Shown: positions 39,485-47,675 of the stretch, in pieces
Position numbering within the stretch: position 1 is the first letter of the stretch
Layout: every line of letters starts with the position of its first letter
Source: Candidatus Parcubacteria bacterium
GTDB lineage: Bacteria > Patescibacteriota > Minisyncoccia > UBA6257 > HR35
NCBI GenBank assembly: GCA_025999335.1
Contig: AP024681.1
Coordinates: 615,610-679,609 of the forward strand
Length of the DNA stretch: 64,000 nt
Reading direction: 5' to 3'
Notes under the pieces: generated by a model
Told to the model about the DNA's origin: nothing
The model's input: only the letters and a program-made list of their open reading frames with translations
The model's database searches: none
Made by a program: the position numbers and the translations under genes

Positions 39485-39922
39485 ATGGTCCCAATTGAAT
39501 ATGAAACTTTAATAGTTTTTCTTTCAACATCTATAATTTTTATTTTTGTTCTAATTTTTAATGCAATTTTTAAAAAGAAAATTTGCGCCGTTTGTGCATC
39601 AGTATTTTTAACCTGGTTAATATTTTTGGTTCTTTATTATTTTGGTTATTTTCAAAACTTATTGGTTTTAGCTCTTTTAATAGGATCGAGCGCAAGCGGA
39701 ATTTTTAATCTTTTAAAAGAAAAGTTAAATATTTTTAAACTGCCATTTATTCTAACTCTTTTAACAATTGCTTATTTTCTTTTATTAAAACAAATTGATA
39801 TCGCTCTTTTGATTTTTAACTTAATTTTATGGCTATTGTTTGCTTTAATATTTTTATTTTCAAAGAACCAAAACCTAAAATCAATCTTTCAAAAATTAAT
39901 TGAATGTTGTAAAGATTGGTGA
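39485..39922 (+). CDS. Hypothetical multi-pass membrane protein
   Basis: ORF; four hydrophobic helices. Confidence 0.3.
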   Translation: MVPIEYETLIVFLSTSIIFIFVLIFNAIFKKKICAVCASVFLTWLIFLVLYYFGYFQNLLVLALLIGSSASGIFNLLKEKLNIFKLPFILTLLTIAYFLLLKQIDIALLIFNLILWLLFALIFLFSKNQNLKSIFQKLIECCKDW

Positions 39923-40073
39923 AATTAATTATTTTAGTCTTTTAATTTTATAAATTTTCTTTAACAAATAAACTATTCCAAATATATTAAAAACCAATCC
40001 TAACCAAAATAATTTTATTTGGTACTGACTAATTAAGTTGATAATACCAATGGCTCCAAGAATAGGCAGTATA

Positions 40074-40373
40074 TTAACAAAATAATGAGCGCAACAGGAT
40101 ATCATAGCTACAGTGGAGGTTGTTCCAGATACAGCCAGAACACCGCTGGATGTTTTTTTTTTGATTAATAATAGTTTTTAAATAAACATAAAGCCCAACT
40201 TGAATTCCAAATCCTATTGTTAAACCAATAAAAAAATACCAGAACTGCAAAAACTGACTTAAGGCAAAAGACCAACCAGATATTAAACTAACCATAGAAA
40301 AATAAATAGCCAATAATAAAATTGTTCCAGAAAAACCATATATTACAGATTTTAATAAGATTCTTTTATCCAT
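40074..40373 (-). CDS. Hypothetical small membrane protein
   Basis: ORF; TM helices; C-terminal 'CSGC'. Confidence 0.25.
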   Translation of the reverse strand: MDKRILLKSVIYGFSGTILLLAIYFSMVSLISGWSFALSQFLQFWYFFIGLTIGFGIQVGLYVYLKTIINQKKNIQRCSGCIWNNLHCSYDILLRSLFC

Positions 40374-40417
40374 ATTTTGTTTTAAATAATTTCTAATTTT
40401 CTATAGAAATATAGAAA

Positions 40418-41044
40418 TTAAATTTTTTGTTCTTCATTAATTTTTCTAATTTCTTGAAGAAGAAAGTCATTACGGATGCCCATATCAGGATCATCTAAAA
40501 TATAACGAACTATCCCTTCTTTATCAATGATAACATAACTGTGACCCGGATATAAGCCAGGATGCATTGAAGAAGGTATATTTAACATACCAAAATTTTT
40601 AGAAGCTGATTTATTAACATCAAATAAAACAATAGCTTGCTTAAGTTCCGGCATCTTTTGAATAGCTTGCTTCCATTCTTCAGGCGAATCAACAATAATG
40701 GAAAGAACAATTGTTTTTTCTGTTTCAAATCTTTTATCTTTAGTTAAAGCAACCATTTGTTGCCAGCAAGATGGATAGCACATTACACCTTCATTAAAAA
40801 ATAGCAATACATTTTTACCTCGAAAGTTTTTTAAAGAATAAACCTCGCTATCAATGCCTAAAAGTTCAAAATCTGGCGCTGGTTTGTTGATTATTTCTTT
40901 GTTGATCAAAAGAAGATTGTGATGTTTAAAATGTTCTTTTTGAGAAATCTCTTGTTTTGATGGTTCTTTCGATGCTGGCAGTAATAATAGAAAAATGATA
41001 ATTACTGCTAAAACGATTGGCAAAATAATTACTAGGTTTTTCAT
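40418..41044 (-). CDS. Thioredoxin-fold redoxin-family protein (TlpA/peroxiredoxin-like), membrane-anchored
   Basis: N-terminal TM; 'PAPDFELLGIDSEVYSLKNFRGKNVLLFFNEGVMCYPSCWQQ'. Confidence 0.55.
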   Translation of the reverse strand: MKNLVIILPIVLAVIIIFLLLLPASKEPSKQEISQKEHFKHHNLLLINKEIINKPAPDFELLGIDSEVYSLKNFRGKNVLLFFNEGVMCYPSCWQQMVALTKDKRFETEKTIVLSIIVDSPEEWKQAIQKMPELKQAIVLFDVNKSASKNFGMLNIPSSMHPGLYPGHSYVIIDKEGIVRYILDDPDMGIRNDFLLQEIRKINEEQKI

Positions 41045-41143
41045 CGTGTTTTAAATTTTAAATACCCCGACTGGGTATATTATATCACAATTTTGATTTA
41101 TTTGACAAATATGTTATAATTGAAATAAAAGTATTAATAATTT

Positions 41144-41250
41144 GTCGCGAACTAATACAAACTGTACGCGAACCACTGCGAACTATATCAGTATTGTGGT
41201 ATCAAAAAGTTCGCAACAGTTCGCGAGAAGGTTCGCAAGGGTTCGCGATT
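41144..41250. repeat. GTTCGCR repeat element (promoter-proximal copy)
   Basis: tcGCGAACtaatacaaactgtacGCGAACcactGCGAACtatat...aaaaaGTTCGCAacaGTTCGCGagaagGTTCGCAaggGTTCGCGat: GCGAAC units followed by GTTCGC units, forming a large imperfect inverted repeat; 35 nt are near-identical to 42596-42631. Confidence 0.5.
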
Positions 41251-41263
41251 TGCAAATCCAAAA

Positions 41264-43474
41264 ATGAAAAAATATATTTGTCCAATGGGATGCCTTGAGC
41301 CTCAAGATCAGCCCGGAAATTGTCCTGTTTGTGGAATGAAGCTTGTTGAAGTTGAGGAAAAATATCACAAAAAACACAAAGAAAAACACGAAGAACATTT
41401 AGATAAACATCAAGGCCATCGAACTGAAGATTTTCTCAAAAAATTTTGGTTATCTTTGATTTTAACTATTCCGATAGTTCTTTATTCTGATATTTTTCAA
41501 AAAATTAGTAACATAAAATTACCTTCTTTTGAGGGAATTCAATATTTGCCTTTTGGGCAGACAGGTTTAATTATGCTTCTTGGTTCTATTGTCTTTTTTT
41601 ATGGTGGTTTTGTTTTTCTTGTTGGTGCTTATCGAGAAATAAAAGCAAAGAATCCGGGAATGATGACTTTGATTGCTTTAGCGGTAGTATCTGCTTATGT
41701 TTATAGTGTTTTTGCTGTTTTATTCAAAATTGGACATGAATTTTTCTGGGAATTAGCAACCTTAATTACGATTATGCTTTTGGGACATTATTTTGAAATG
41801 AAATCAGTTTCTTCAGCGCAACGAGCTTTACAGGAGATTGAAAAGTTATTGCCTGATATCGCGGAATTAGAAGACGGAAGAAAAGTGAAATTAGATGAAT
41901 TAAAGTTAAATGATATTGTAATTGTTCGGCCCGGAGGAAAGATTCCTGCTGATGGTATTGTTATTGAGGGAAAATCTGAAGTTAATGAAAGTATGATAAC
42001 TGGAGAAAGTAAACCGGTTTTAAAAGAAATTGGTTCAGAAGTCATTGCTGGAACAATTAATGGTGATGGAGTTTTAAAAGTCAAAGTAACAAAAATTGGC
42101 GAAGAGACATTTTTGGCAGGAATTAAAAGATTAATTAAAGAAGCGCAAGCATCAAAATCAAAACTTCAAGTTTTAGCTGATGTTTTTGCGAAATATTTGA
42201 CTTTTATTGCTATAGGTATAGGTTCTTTGAGTTTTATTATTTGGCTTTTGTTACAAAAAAATCTTGCTTTTGCCCTTGAAAGATTGGTAACAGTTTTGAT
42301 TGTTGCTTGTCCTCATGCTTTAGGTTTAGCAGTTCCCTTAGTTGTGGCAATTTCAACATCTTTAGCAATTCATAACGGCTTTTTAATTAGAAACAGATTA
42401 CAACTTGAGCTGGCAAGAAAAATAGATGTTGTTTTATTTGATAAAACTGGGACCTTAACTTCTGGAAGATTTAAGGTAAGAGAAATTATAACGCGAACCG
42501 ATGCGAACAACGATGACAACCGCGAACTTATGCGAACAGATAATGACAAAGTTCGCGAGAGTTCGCAAGAGTTTGCGTCTGAAAACAATGTTCGCAATAG
42601 TTCGCGAGAAGGTTCGCAAGAGTTTGCGATATTACAATTAGCAGCCTCCTTAAATCAATACTCCCAACATTTTATTGCTCAAGGGATTTTAGAAAAAGCA
42701 AAAGAGCAGGGAATTAAACTTTTAAAAGTTGAGGAATTTGAAAATCTAACTGGTAGAGGAGTTAAAGGAAAAATTAATGGAAAAACTTATTATCTTGGCG
42801 GTAATAATTTGTTAAAGGAACTGGGTTACCCGAATGAAAACCGAATAAATTACCCGAATGAAAATCAAATTGGAACAACGGTCTATCTTATTGATGAAAA
42901 TAAAAATCTTTTAGGAGCAATTGTGTTGGAAGATGAAATCCAGGAAGAATCTTTTGAAGCTGTTAAGAATTTACATCAAATGGGAATTAAAGTAGCAATG
43001 ATAACCGGTGATAAAAAAGAAGTTGCTGAAAAAGTTGCCAAGGAGTTAGGAATTGATGAGTATTTTGCTGAAGTTTTACCAGAAGATAAAGTTAATAAAG
43101 TTAAAGAACTTCAAAAAAGAAATTTAAAAGTAATGATGGTTGGCGATGGAATTAATGACGCTCCGGCATTGATGCAAGCTGATGTTGGTGTGGCAATTGG
43201 GGCAGGTACAAATGTGGCTATTGAATCAGCGGGAATAATTTTAGTCAGAAATGATCCAAGAGATATTGTTAAATTAATTGAGCTTTCAAGAAAAACTTAT
43301 CGCAAAATGATTGAAAACCTCTTTTGGGCAACTGGCTATAATATTGTTGCTTTACCACTCGCAGCTGGGATTTTAGCTTTTAAAGGAATCTTTCTTTCCC
43401 CAGCTTTAGCTGCAATCTTTATGTCTCTTTCAACAGTAATTGTTGCTGTTAATGCGTTGGGGTTGAGAGGTTGA
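41264..43474 (+). CDS. copB: Copper-translocating P1B-type ATPase (CPH motif, His-rich N-terminus; CopB-like)
   Basis: 'CPMGC...CPVCGM' N-terminal metal site; His-rich 'KYHKKHKEKHEEHLDKHQGH'; TM 'ACPHALGLA'; 'DKTGTLT', 'GDGINDAPAL', 'MITGD'. Confidence 0.9.
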   Translation: MKKYICPMGCLEPQDQPGNCPVCGMKLVEVEEKYHKKHKEKHEEHLDKHQGHRTEDFLKKFWLSLILTIPIVLYSDIFQKISNIKLPSFEGIQYLPFGQTGLIMLLGSIVFFYGGFVFLVGAYREIKAKNPGMMTLIALAVVSAYVYSVFAVLFKIGHEFFWELATLITIMLLGHYFEMKSVSSAQRALQEIEKLLPDIAELEDGRKVKLDELKLNDIVIVRPGGKIPADGIVIEGKSEVNESMITGESKPVLKEIGSEVIAGTINGDGVLKVKVTKIGEETFLAGIKRLIKEAQASKSKLQVLADVFAKYLTFIAIGIGSLSFIIWLLLQKNLAFALERLVTVLIVACPHALGLAVPLVVAISTSLAIHNGFLIRNRLQLELARKIDVVLFDKTGTLTSGRFKVREIITRTDANNDDNRELMRTDNDKVRESSQEFASENNVRNSSREGSQEFAILQLAASLNQYSQHFIAQGILEKAKEQGIKLLKVEEFENLTGRGVKGKINGKTYYLGGNNLLKELGYPNENRINYPNENQIGTTVYLIDENKNLLGAIVLEDEIQEESFEAVKNLHQMGIKVAMITGDKKEVAEKVAKELGIDEYFAEVLPEDKVNKVKELQKRNLKVMMVGDGINDAPALMQADVGVAIGAGTNVAIESAGIILVRNDPRDIVKLIELSRKTYRKMIENLFWATGYNIVALPLAAGILAFKGIFLSPALAAIFMSLSTVIVAVNALGLRG
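42491..42631. repeat. GTTCGCR repeat element inserted in-frame (about 47 codons) in the ATPase N-domain just after DKTGTLT
   Basis: acGCGAACcgatGCGAACaacgatgacaacCGCGAACttatGCGAACag...aaaGTTCGCGagaGTTCGCAagagtttgcg...atGTTCGCAataGTTCGCGagaagGTTCGCAagagtttgcgat; encodes RTDANNDDNRELMRTDNDKVRESSQEFASENNVRNSSREGSQEFA. Confidence 0.5.
43386..43468. repeat. Left direct repeat (attL-like): the in-gene 3' end of the ATPase
   Basis: 57/57 identity (43412-43468 vs 47615-47671) plus about 25 nt at roughly 80% identity upstream. Confidence 0.55.
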
Positions 43475-43484
43475 TTTAACAAAC

Positions 43485-43514
43485 TTGACAAGGTTTGTTT
43501 TTGTTGTGTATAAT
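43485..43514 (+). promoter_or_regulatory. Near-consensus sigma70-type promoter upstream of the precursor peptide gene
   Basis: TTGACA (43485-43490), 18-nt spacer, TATAAT (43509-43514); about 80 nt upstream of the precursor ATG. Confidence 0.45.
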
Positions 43515-43592
43515 GTATTACAGCTAAATTAGAAAGTTGTTTGAATTCTAAGTAAATTATATTAAAGGTCGCTATTAAATAAAATTAAATAA

Positions 43593-43772
43593 ATGAGGAA
43601 AATAATATTAAAAAATAATGATAAAAAAAGAATTGCTAGTATCTATTCGAGAGAACCAGAGTATACGCAAATAAGAAAGGTGAATTTGGTAGCTGGTCCA
43701 TGTGACAATTCTAGCAATGGATGTACAGGTAGTTGCAATCATTCATCGGGTGCCATTCAACAACTCAAATAA
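43593..43772 (+). CDS. TOMM/LAP-type RiPP precursor peptide (59 aa), not in the ORF track
   Basis: MRKIILKNNDKKRIASIYSREPEYTQIRKVNLVAGPCDNSSNGCTGSCNHSSGAIQQLK. Charged leader plus a Cys/Ser/Thr/Gly-rich C-terminal core (GPCDNSSNGCTGSCNHSSG), 53 nt upstream of the YcaO gene. Confidence 0.6.
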   Translation: MRKIILKNNDKKRIASIYSREPEYTQIRKVNLVAGPCDNSSNGCTGSCNHSSGAIQQLK

Positions 43773-43824
43773 CGAATATACAAGTTACTTGCAATTACTT
43801 TTTAAAATAATTATATTTGTATAA

Positions 43825-45096
43825 ATGTTAATTAAGGAAAGAAGGCTAGAGGGAATATCAAAAATTAAAATATATAAAAATACTAGATGGTATGATTTAC
43901 CATTCATATGGCAATATGCGGCTTTTTTTTCTAATTTTAAAAAAAACAATATCTTTGGAGTAGGATCTTCATTGATTTCTCGAAAAATAGCTATTACTCG
44001 AGCTTTTTATGAGTTGCTAGAAAGATTTTCGCTTAGCTACCCTTCTCTTAATAAATTTTTAAGGCTCAGTTTTTCTGAAATAGACGAAGATAGAACAATA
44101 CCGTACAATGTTTGGTTCAAGAAAAATGATGTTGAAAAAAACCAAAAAATAAATCCAAAATTAATTAAAAATATACCTTCTTTAGATGATAAATTATACT
44201 TTGCGTGGGGTTACAATTTAATTAATAGAGAAAAAGTTTTAATTCCTGCACAGTTAATCTATGTTCCTCCAAAAAGATTTATCGAAAAAATAATTCGTGA
44301 GTCAAATAGTACCGGGGCTGCTGCTGGTAAAAATTTAAAACAATGTTTGATTAAAGGTATTTTAGAAATTTTAGAAAGAGATGCGTTTATAAATTATTAT
44401 TTAAACGAATTTTTTGGTGAAAGGATAGATCTTAGCAGATTTAAAAATATTAAATGCTTTATTAATAAATTTAGAAAATACCATTTAGAAATATATTCTT
44501 TTTATCTACCTTCCGATATAGAAATTTTTAATGTGGTGACTTTCTTAATAGATAAATCAGGCATGAGTCCAATTATAAATTGTGGTTCTGCCTCAGGGTT
44601 TGAGATCGAAAATTGTATTTTAAAAAGCCTTGAAGAATCTCTTCAGGTTTTAATGTGGATAAGATTACTTTCTTTAACTAAAAGAATTAGTACTATAGAT
44701 CTTAACACTCTTGAGAACAGGGGATTTTTTTGGATGGATAATAAAAAATTGAAATTAATATATCAATGGGTAAATAAATCAAGAAAACCAAAACAACTTA
44801 ATTCTTTAATTAAAAAGCTTAAAAATAACAAAAATAACCGTTTAAATTATCTTATTGAGCAAATTAAAAATCATAATTATAATATATATTATTCTGAAAT
44901 TACTTCTGAAAAATTCAAAAAATTAAAAGTAAAAGTAATTAAAGTGATAATTCCTCAATTGCAATGGATATATTTAGGCGAAGATTTTAAATTTATTAAT
45001 TGGGAACGAATTAAAAAGATCAGAGAAATTAACAATCTTAAACCTTTTGATGTAGATGCTAACAAATTAAATAAAGTGCCACATTTTTTTTTATAA
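43825..45096 (+). CDS. YcaO-domain cyclodehydratase (TOMM 'D' protein)
   Basis: 'GVGSSLISRKIAITRAFYELLERFSL' and 'SNSTGAAAGKNLKQCLIKGILEILERDA' are YcaO ATP-binding signatures; C-terminal '...VPHFFL'. Confidence 0.8.
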   Translation: MLIKERRLEGISKIKIYKNTRWYDLPFIWQYAAFFSNFKKNNIFGVGSSLISRKIAITRAFYELLERFSLSYPSLNKFLRLSFSEIDEDRTIPYNVWFKKNDVEKNQKINPKLIKNIPSLDDKLYFAWGYNLINREKVLIPAQLIYVPPKRFIEKIIRESNSTGAAAGKNLKQCLIKGILEILERDAFINYYLNEFFGERIDLSRFKNIKCFINKFRKYHLEIYSFYLPSDIEIFNVVTFLIDKSGMSPIINCGSASGFEIENCILKSLEESLQVLMWIRLLSLTKRISTIDLNTLENRGFFWMDNKKLKLIYQWVNKSRKPKQLNSLIKKLKNNKNNRLNYLIEQIKNHNYNIYYSEITSEKFKKLKVKVIKVIIPQLQWIYLGEDFKFINWERIKKIREINNLKPFDVDANKLNKVPHFFL

Positions 45097-45113
45097 CTAT
45101 TTATAACATCTAA

Positions 45114-45893
45114 ATGAAAGAGAAATTAAGTTATGTAATATTAAAAAAATTAGCTTCAAATTATGAAAATGTCAACAATTTTGAATTTTTAAAATACTTT
45201 AAAAAATCCTCTATAGATAAATTCCATAAAACTATCAAAAATTATCCCGAAAGCTGGAAAAAAATTAATTTTAAAACATACGCAAGGTTCTCCAATGTTT
45301 TGCTTAATAAAAATTTTGGAAAGGATGAGCTTTTAAAAATTATTTTTAAAAGAAGAAGTGAGAGAAATTTTCAAAAATATCCTTTAAGTTTGAAAGAAAT
45401 TTCTTATTTTCTCCTAGGAGCAACAATTACCAAGGTTTTTGATAATAATTTCGATTATAACTCATTTAGAGCTTATCCTTCGGCTGGAGCCCGTTACTCT
45501 CTTGAGGTATATTTATTTTTATTATCATCAAAAGATCTAAAAAGGGGCTTGTATCATTATAATGTAAGATTTCATTGTTTAGAGTATATGTGGGATTTTA
45601 AGAAAAAAGATTTAATAAAAATTTTTAATCAAAAATTTATTCTAAATAGTAGTTTAATAATTTTTATTACTTGTGTTATTAAAAGAATTTATCCTAAATA
45701 TGGTGAAAGAAGCTTGAGATTGGCTCTATTAGAGGCAGGACATTTAGCTCAAAATTTTTTACTGTTAGCTACAAAATTAGGGCTGAAATCTTGTCCAGTG
45801 GGTGGTTTTAAAGAACAAAAAATTTTAGAAATTTTAGATATATCTCAGGAAGAACAAGAATTGCCCCTTTATTGTATAATAATAGGAAAATGA
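45114..45893 (+). CDS. SagB-type (McbC-like) FMN-dependent dehydrogenase (TOMM 'B' protein)
   Basis: 'FKRRSERNF', 'YPSAGARYSLEVYLF', 'LLEAGHLAQNF', 'CPVGGF'. Confidence 0.8.
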   Translation: MKEKLSYVILKKLASNYENVNNFEFLKYFKKSSIDKFHKTIKNYPESWKKINFKTYARFSNVLLNKNFGKDELLKIIFKRRSERNFQKYPLSLKEISYFLLGATITKVFDNNFDYNSFRAYPSAGARYSLEVYLFLLSSKDLKRGLYHYNVRFHCLEYMWDFKKKDLIKIFNQKFILNSSLIIFITCVIKRIYPKYGERSLRLALLEAGHLAQNFLLLATKLGLKSCPVGGFKEQKILEILDISQEEQELPLYCIIIGK

Positions 45894-47539
45894 CATTAGA
45901 AATGATTTTATCTAAAGAAAAAGGACCGTTGAGAGAACATATTTTTTGTGATATTAAGTTTTTGAGAATCGGCACTAAAGAACTAATTACAGAGAGCAAA
46001 CTTATTGTTCGTTCAAATGAAAAGGTAGCTTTAATTGGAAGAAATGGAAGTGGGAAATCAACTTTAATTAGATTGATAATTAGTTTTTATGAAAAAAGAG
46101 ATGTTTCCGAAGATTTAGAATTTTCTGGTAAGATTTTTATTTCCCCTGAAATTAAGATAGCTTATCTACCTCAAGAAATTAAACTACAATTTTCTGGTAC
46201 TGTTGAAGAATATTTAGAATGGAGAGGTGGTGAATTTGTAAAACTAGTTAAAAGATATAAAGAGTTTTCCGAAAAAGGAGAATTTTCTTTAGAAGAAGCA
46301 GAAGAATATTCACGAATAATTGAAAGAATGACTCAATTTAATTTATGGGATTATGAAGGAAAAAGAGATAGAATTTTAAAAAAATTAAATATTAGATCAG
46401 AAATTCTAAATAGAGATGTCCAGGAGATATCTGGTGGTGAAGCTACAAAAATAACTTTAGCTGGAATTCTACTTTCTGATGCTAATTTCTGGATTCTTGA
46501 TGAGCCAACTAACAATTTAGATAAGGATTCTATAGATATCCTTTTTGAAGAAATGAGAAGGTTTAGGGGAGGAATTTTATGTATTACTCACGATAGAAGA
46601 CTTTTAAATATTTCTTCAAGAATTTTTGAGATAGATGAAGAAACTAAAACTTTAAAAGTTTGGGGAGGTAATTATGAATTTTATAAAAAAGAAAAGGAAA
46701 AAGAATTTTTGGGGAGGATGAAAAAATTTGAGGAACAAGAAAGAAAAAGGAAAAAATTAGAAAAAGCTATTGAGGAGTTAAAGAAAAAATCTCAAGAATT
46801 TGAAAAAATTGGCCGTGATGCTTTTTACAGAGCAAAAGGATCTAAAATAGCTAAACAAGCTAAGGTTCAAGAAGAGAGAATTTTAAGAGAACTTTCTCAG
46901 CTTACCGAACCTCAGCCTCCAGAAAGGCCAGAGTTTCCTAAGTCACAACCAGAAGTTTTAAAAGGAAATGTGCTTTCAATTAAAGGCTTATCTTATTCTT
47001 TTAATGATAAGATTTCAATTAATATTCCTTATTTAATTCTAGAAGCCGGGGAAAGGCTTTTAATAGAAGGACCAAACGGTTCTGGTAAAACAACTTTGAT
47101 TAGACTCATTCTTGGTGAAATAAAACCATCAGAAGGAAAAGTAACTCTTAAAGAAAGTATTATAATTGGATATTTACCTCAATCACCTAAAATCGAAAAT
47201 ATCAGCCAAAAAGTTTATCAATTTCTAAAAACTGAACATAATATTAATGAAGGGGAGACTAAAGCTATTCTTAATAGAATGAAAATACCACATGTTTTCA
47301 ATTTGACTTTAAAAGATCTAAGCATTGGCGAAATAAGAAGATTACAACTTGCTGCTATTTTATTTAAAAATCCAGACCTTTTAATTTTGGATGAGCCAAC
47401 TAATCATCTTGATATTTATACCATTGAAGAACTTGAAGTGGCGTTGAAAGATTATAAGGGAACAATAATTTTTGTTTCTCATGATAAATATTTTATAAAC
47501 ACTTTAAAACCAACCCAAAAAATAGTTTTAAAAAGATAA
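45872..47539 (+). CDS. ABC-F family ATPase (two ABC domains, no TM, charged interdomain linker); candidate self-immunity/ribosome-protection protein
   Basis: Walker A 'GRNGSGKST' and 'GPNGSGKTT'; signature 'SGGE'/'SIGE'; 'ILDEPTNNLD'/'ILDEPTNHLD'; KE-rich linker at about 270-320; 22-nt overlap with the SagB-like gene. Confidence 0.7.
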   Translation: MYNNRKMTLEMILSKEKGPLREHIFCDIKFLRIGTKELITESKLIVRSNEKVALIGRNGSGKSTLIRLIISFYEKRDVSEDLEFSGKIFISPEIKIAYLPQEIKLQFSGTVEEYLEWRGGEFVKLVKRYKEFSEKGEFSLEEAEEYSRIIERMTQFNLWDYEGKRDRILKKLNIRSEILNRDVQEISGGEATKITLAGILLSDANFWILDEPTNNLDKDSIDILFEEMRRFRGGILCITHDRRLLNISSRIFEIDEETKTLKVWGGNYEFYKKEKEKEFLGRMKKFEEQERKRKKLEKAIEELKKKSQEFEKIGRDAFYRAKGSKIAKQAKVQEERILRELSQLTEPQPPERPEFPKSQPEVLKGNVLSIKGLSYSFNDKISINIPYLILEAGERLLIEGPNGSGKTTLIRLILGEIKPSEGKVTLKESIIIGYLPQSPKIENISQKVYQFLKTEHNINEGETKAILNRMKIPHVFNLTLKDLSIGEIRRLQLAAILFKNPDLLILDEPTNHLDIYTIEELEVALKDYKGTIIFVSHDKYFINTLKPTQKIVLKR

Positions 47540-47588
47540 ATCTTTGGTTAAATATTTATTCAATGTTCATATTTTTAGTATTCAAAAT

Positions 47589-47671
47589 CATCTTTTTTCT
47601 CCCCAACTTCAGCAGCAATCTTTATGTCTCTTTCAACAGTAATTGTTGCTGTTAATGCGTTGGGGTTGAGA
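47589..47671. repeat. Right direct repeat (attR-like): duplicated ATPase 3' end with its own stop codon
   Basis: Identical 57-mer; ends '...GLR-stop' and is followed directly by a hairpin terminator. Confidence 0.55.
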
Positions 47672-47675
47672 TAAA

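Noticed and set aside
40140-40165. T11 homopolymer inside 40074..40373, considered as a frameshift or phase-variation site
   Set aside because: The minus-strand ORF reads straight through it (…NQKKNIQRCSGC…), so there is no evidence of a frame break.
41101-41120. TTGACA … TATAAT upstream of the ATPase
   Set aside because: The spacing between the two hexamers is only 7 nt, so this is not a functional sigma70 arrangement as written.
41183-41398. 71-aa - strand ORF across the ATPase start
   Set aside because: Overlaps the repeat element and the ATPase 5' end and is low complexity.
41788-42597. - strand ORFs 41788..42084 and 42370..42597
   Set aside because: Antisense within the P-type ATPase; the second exists because of the GC-rich repeat insert.
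45808-45999. 63-aa - strand ORF
   Set aside because: Antisense across the SagB/ABC-F junction.
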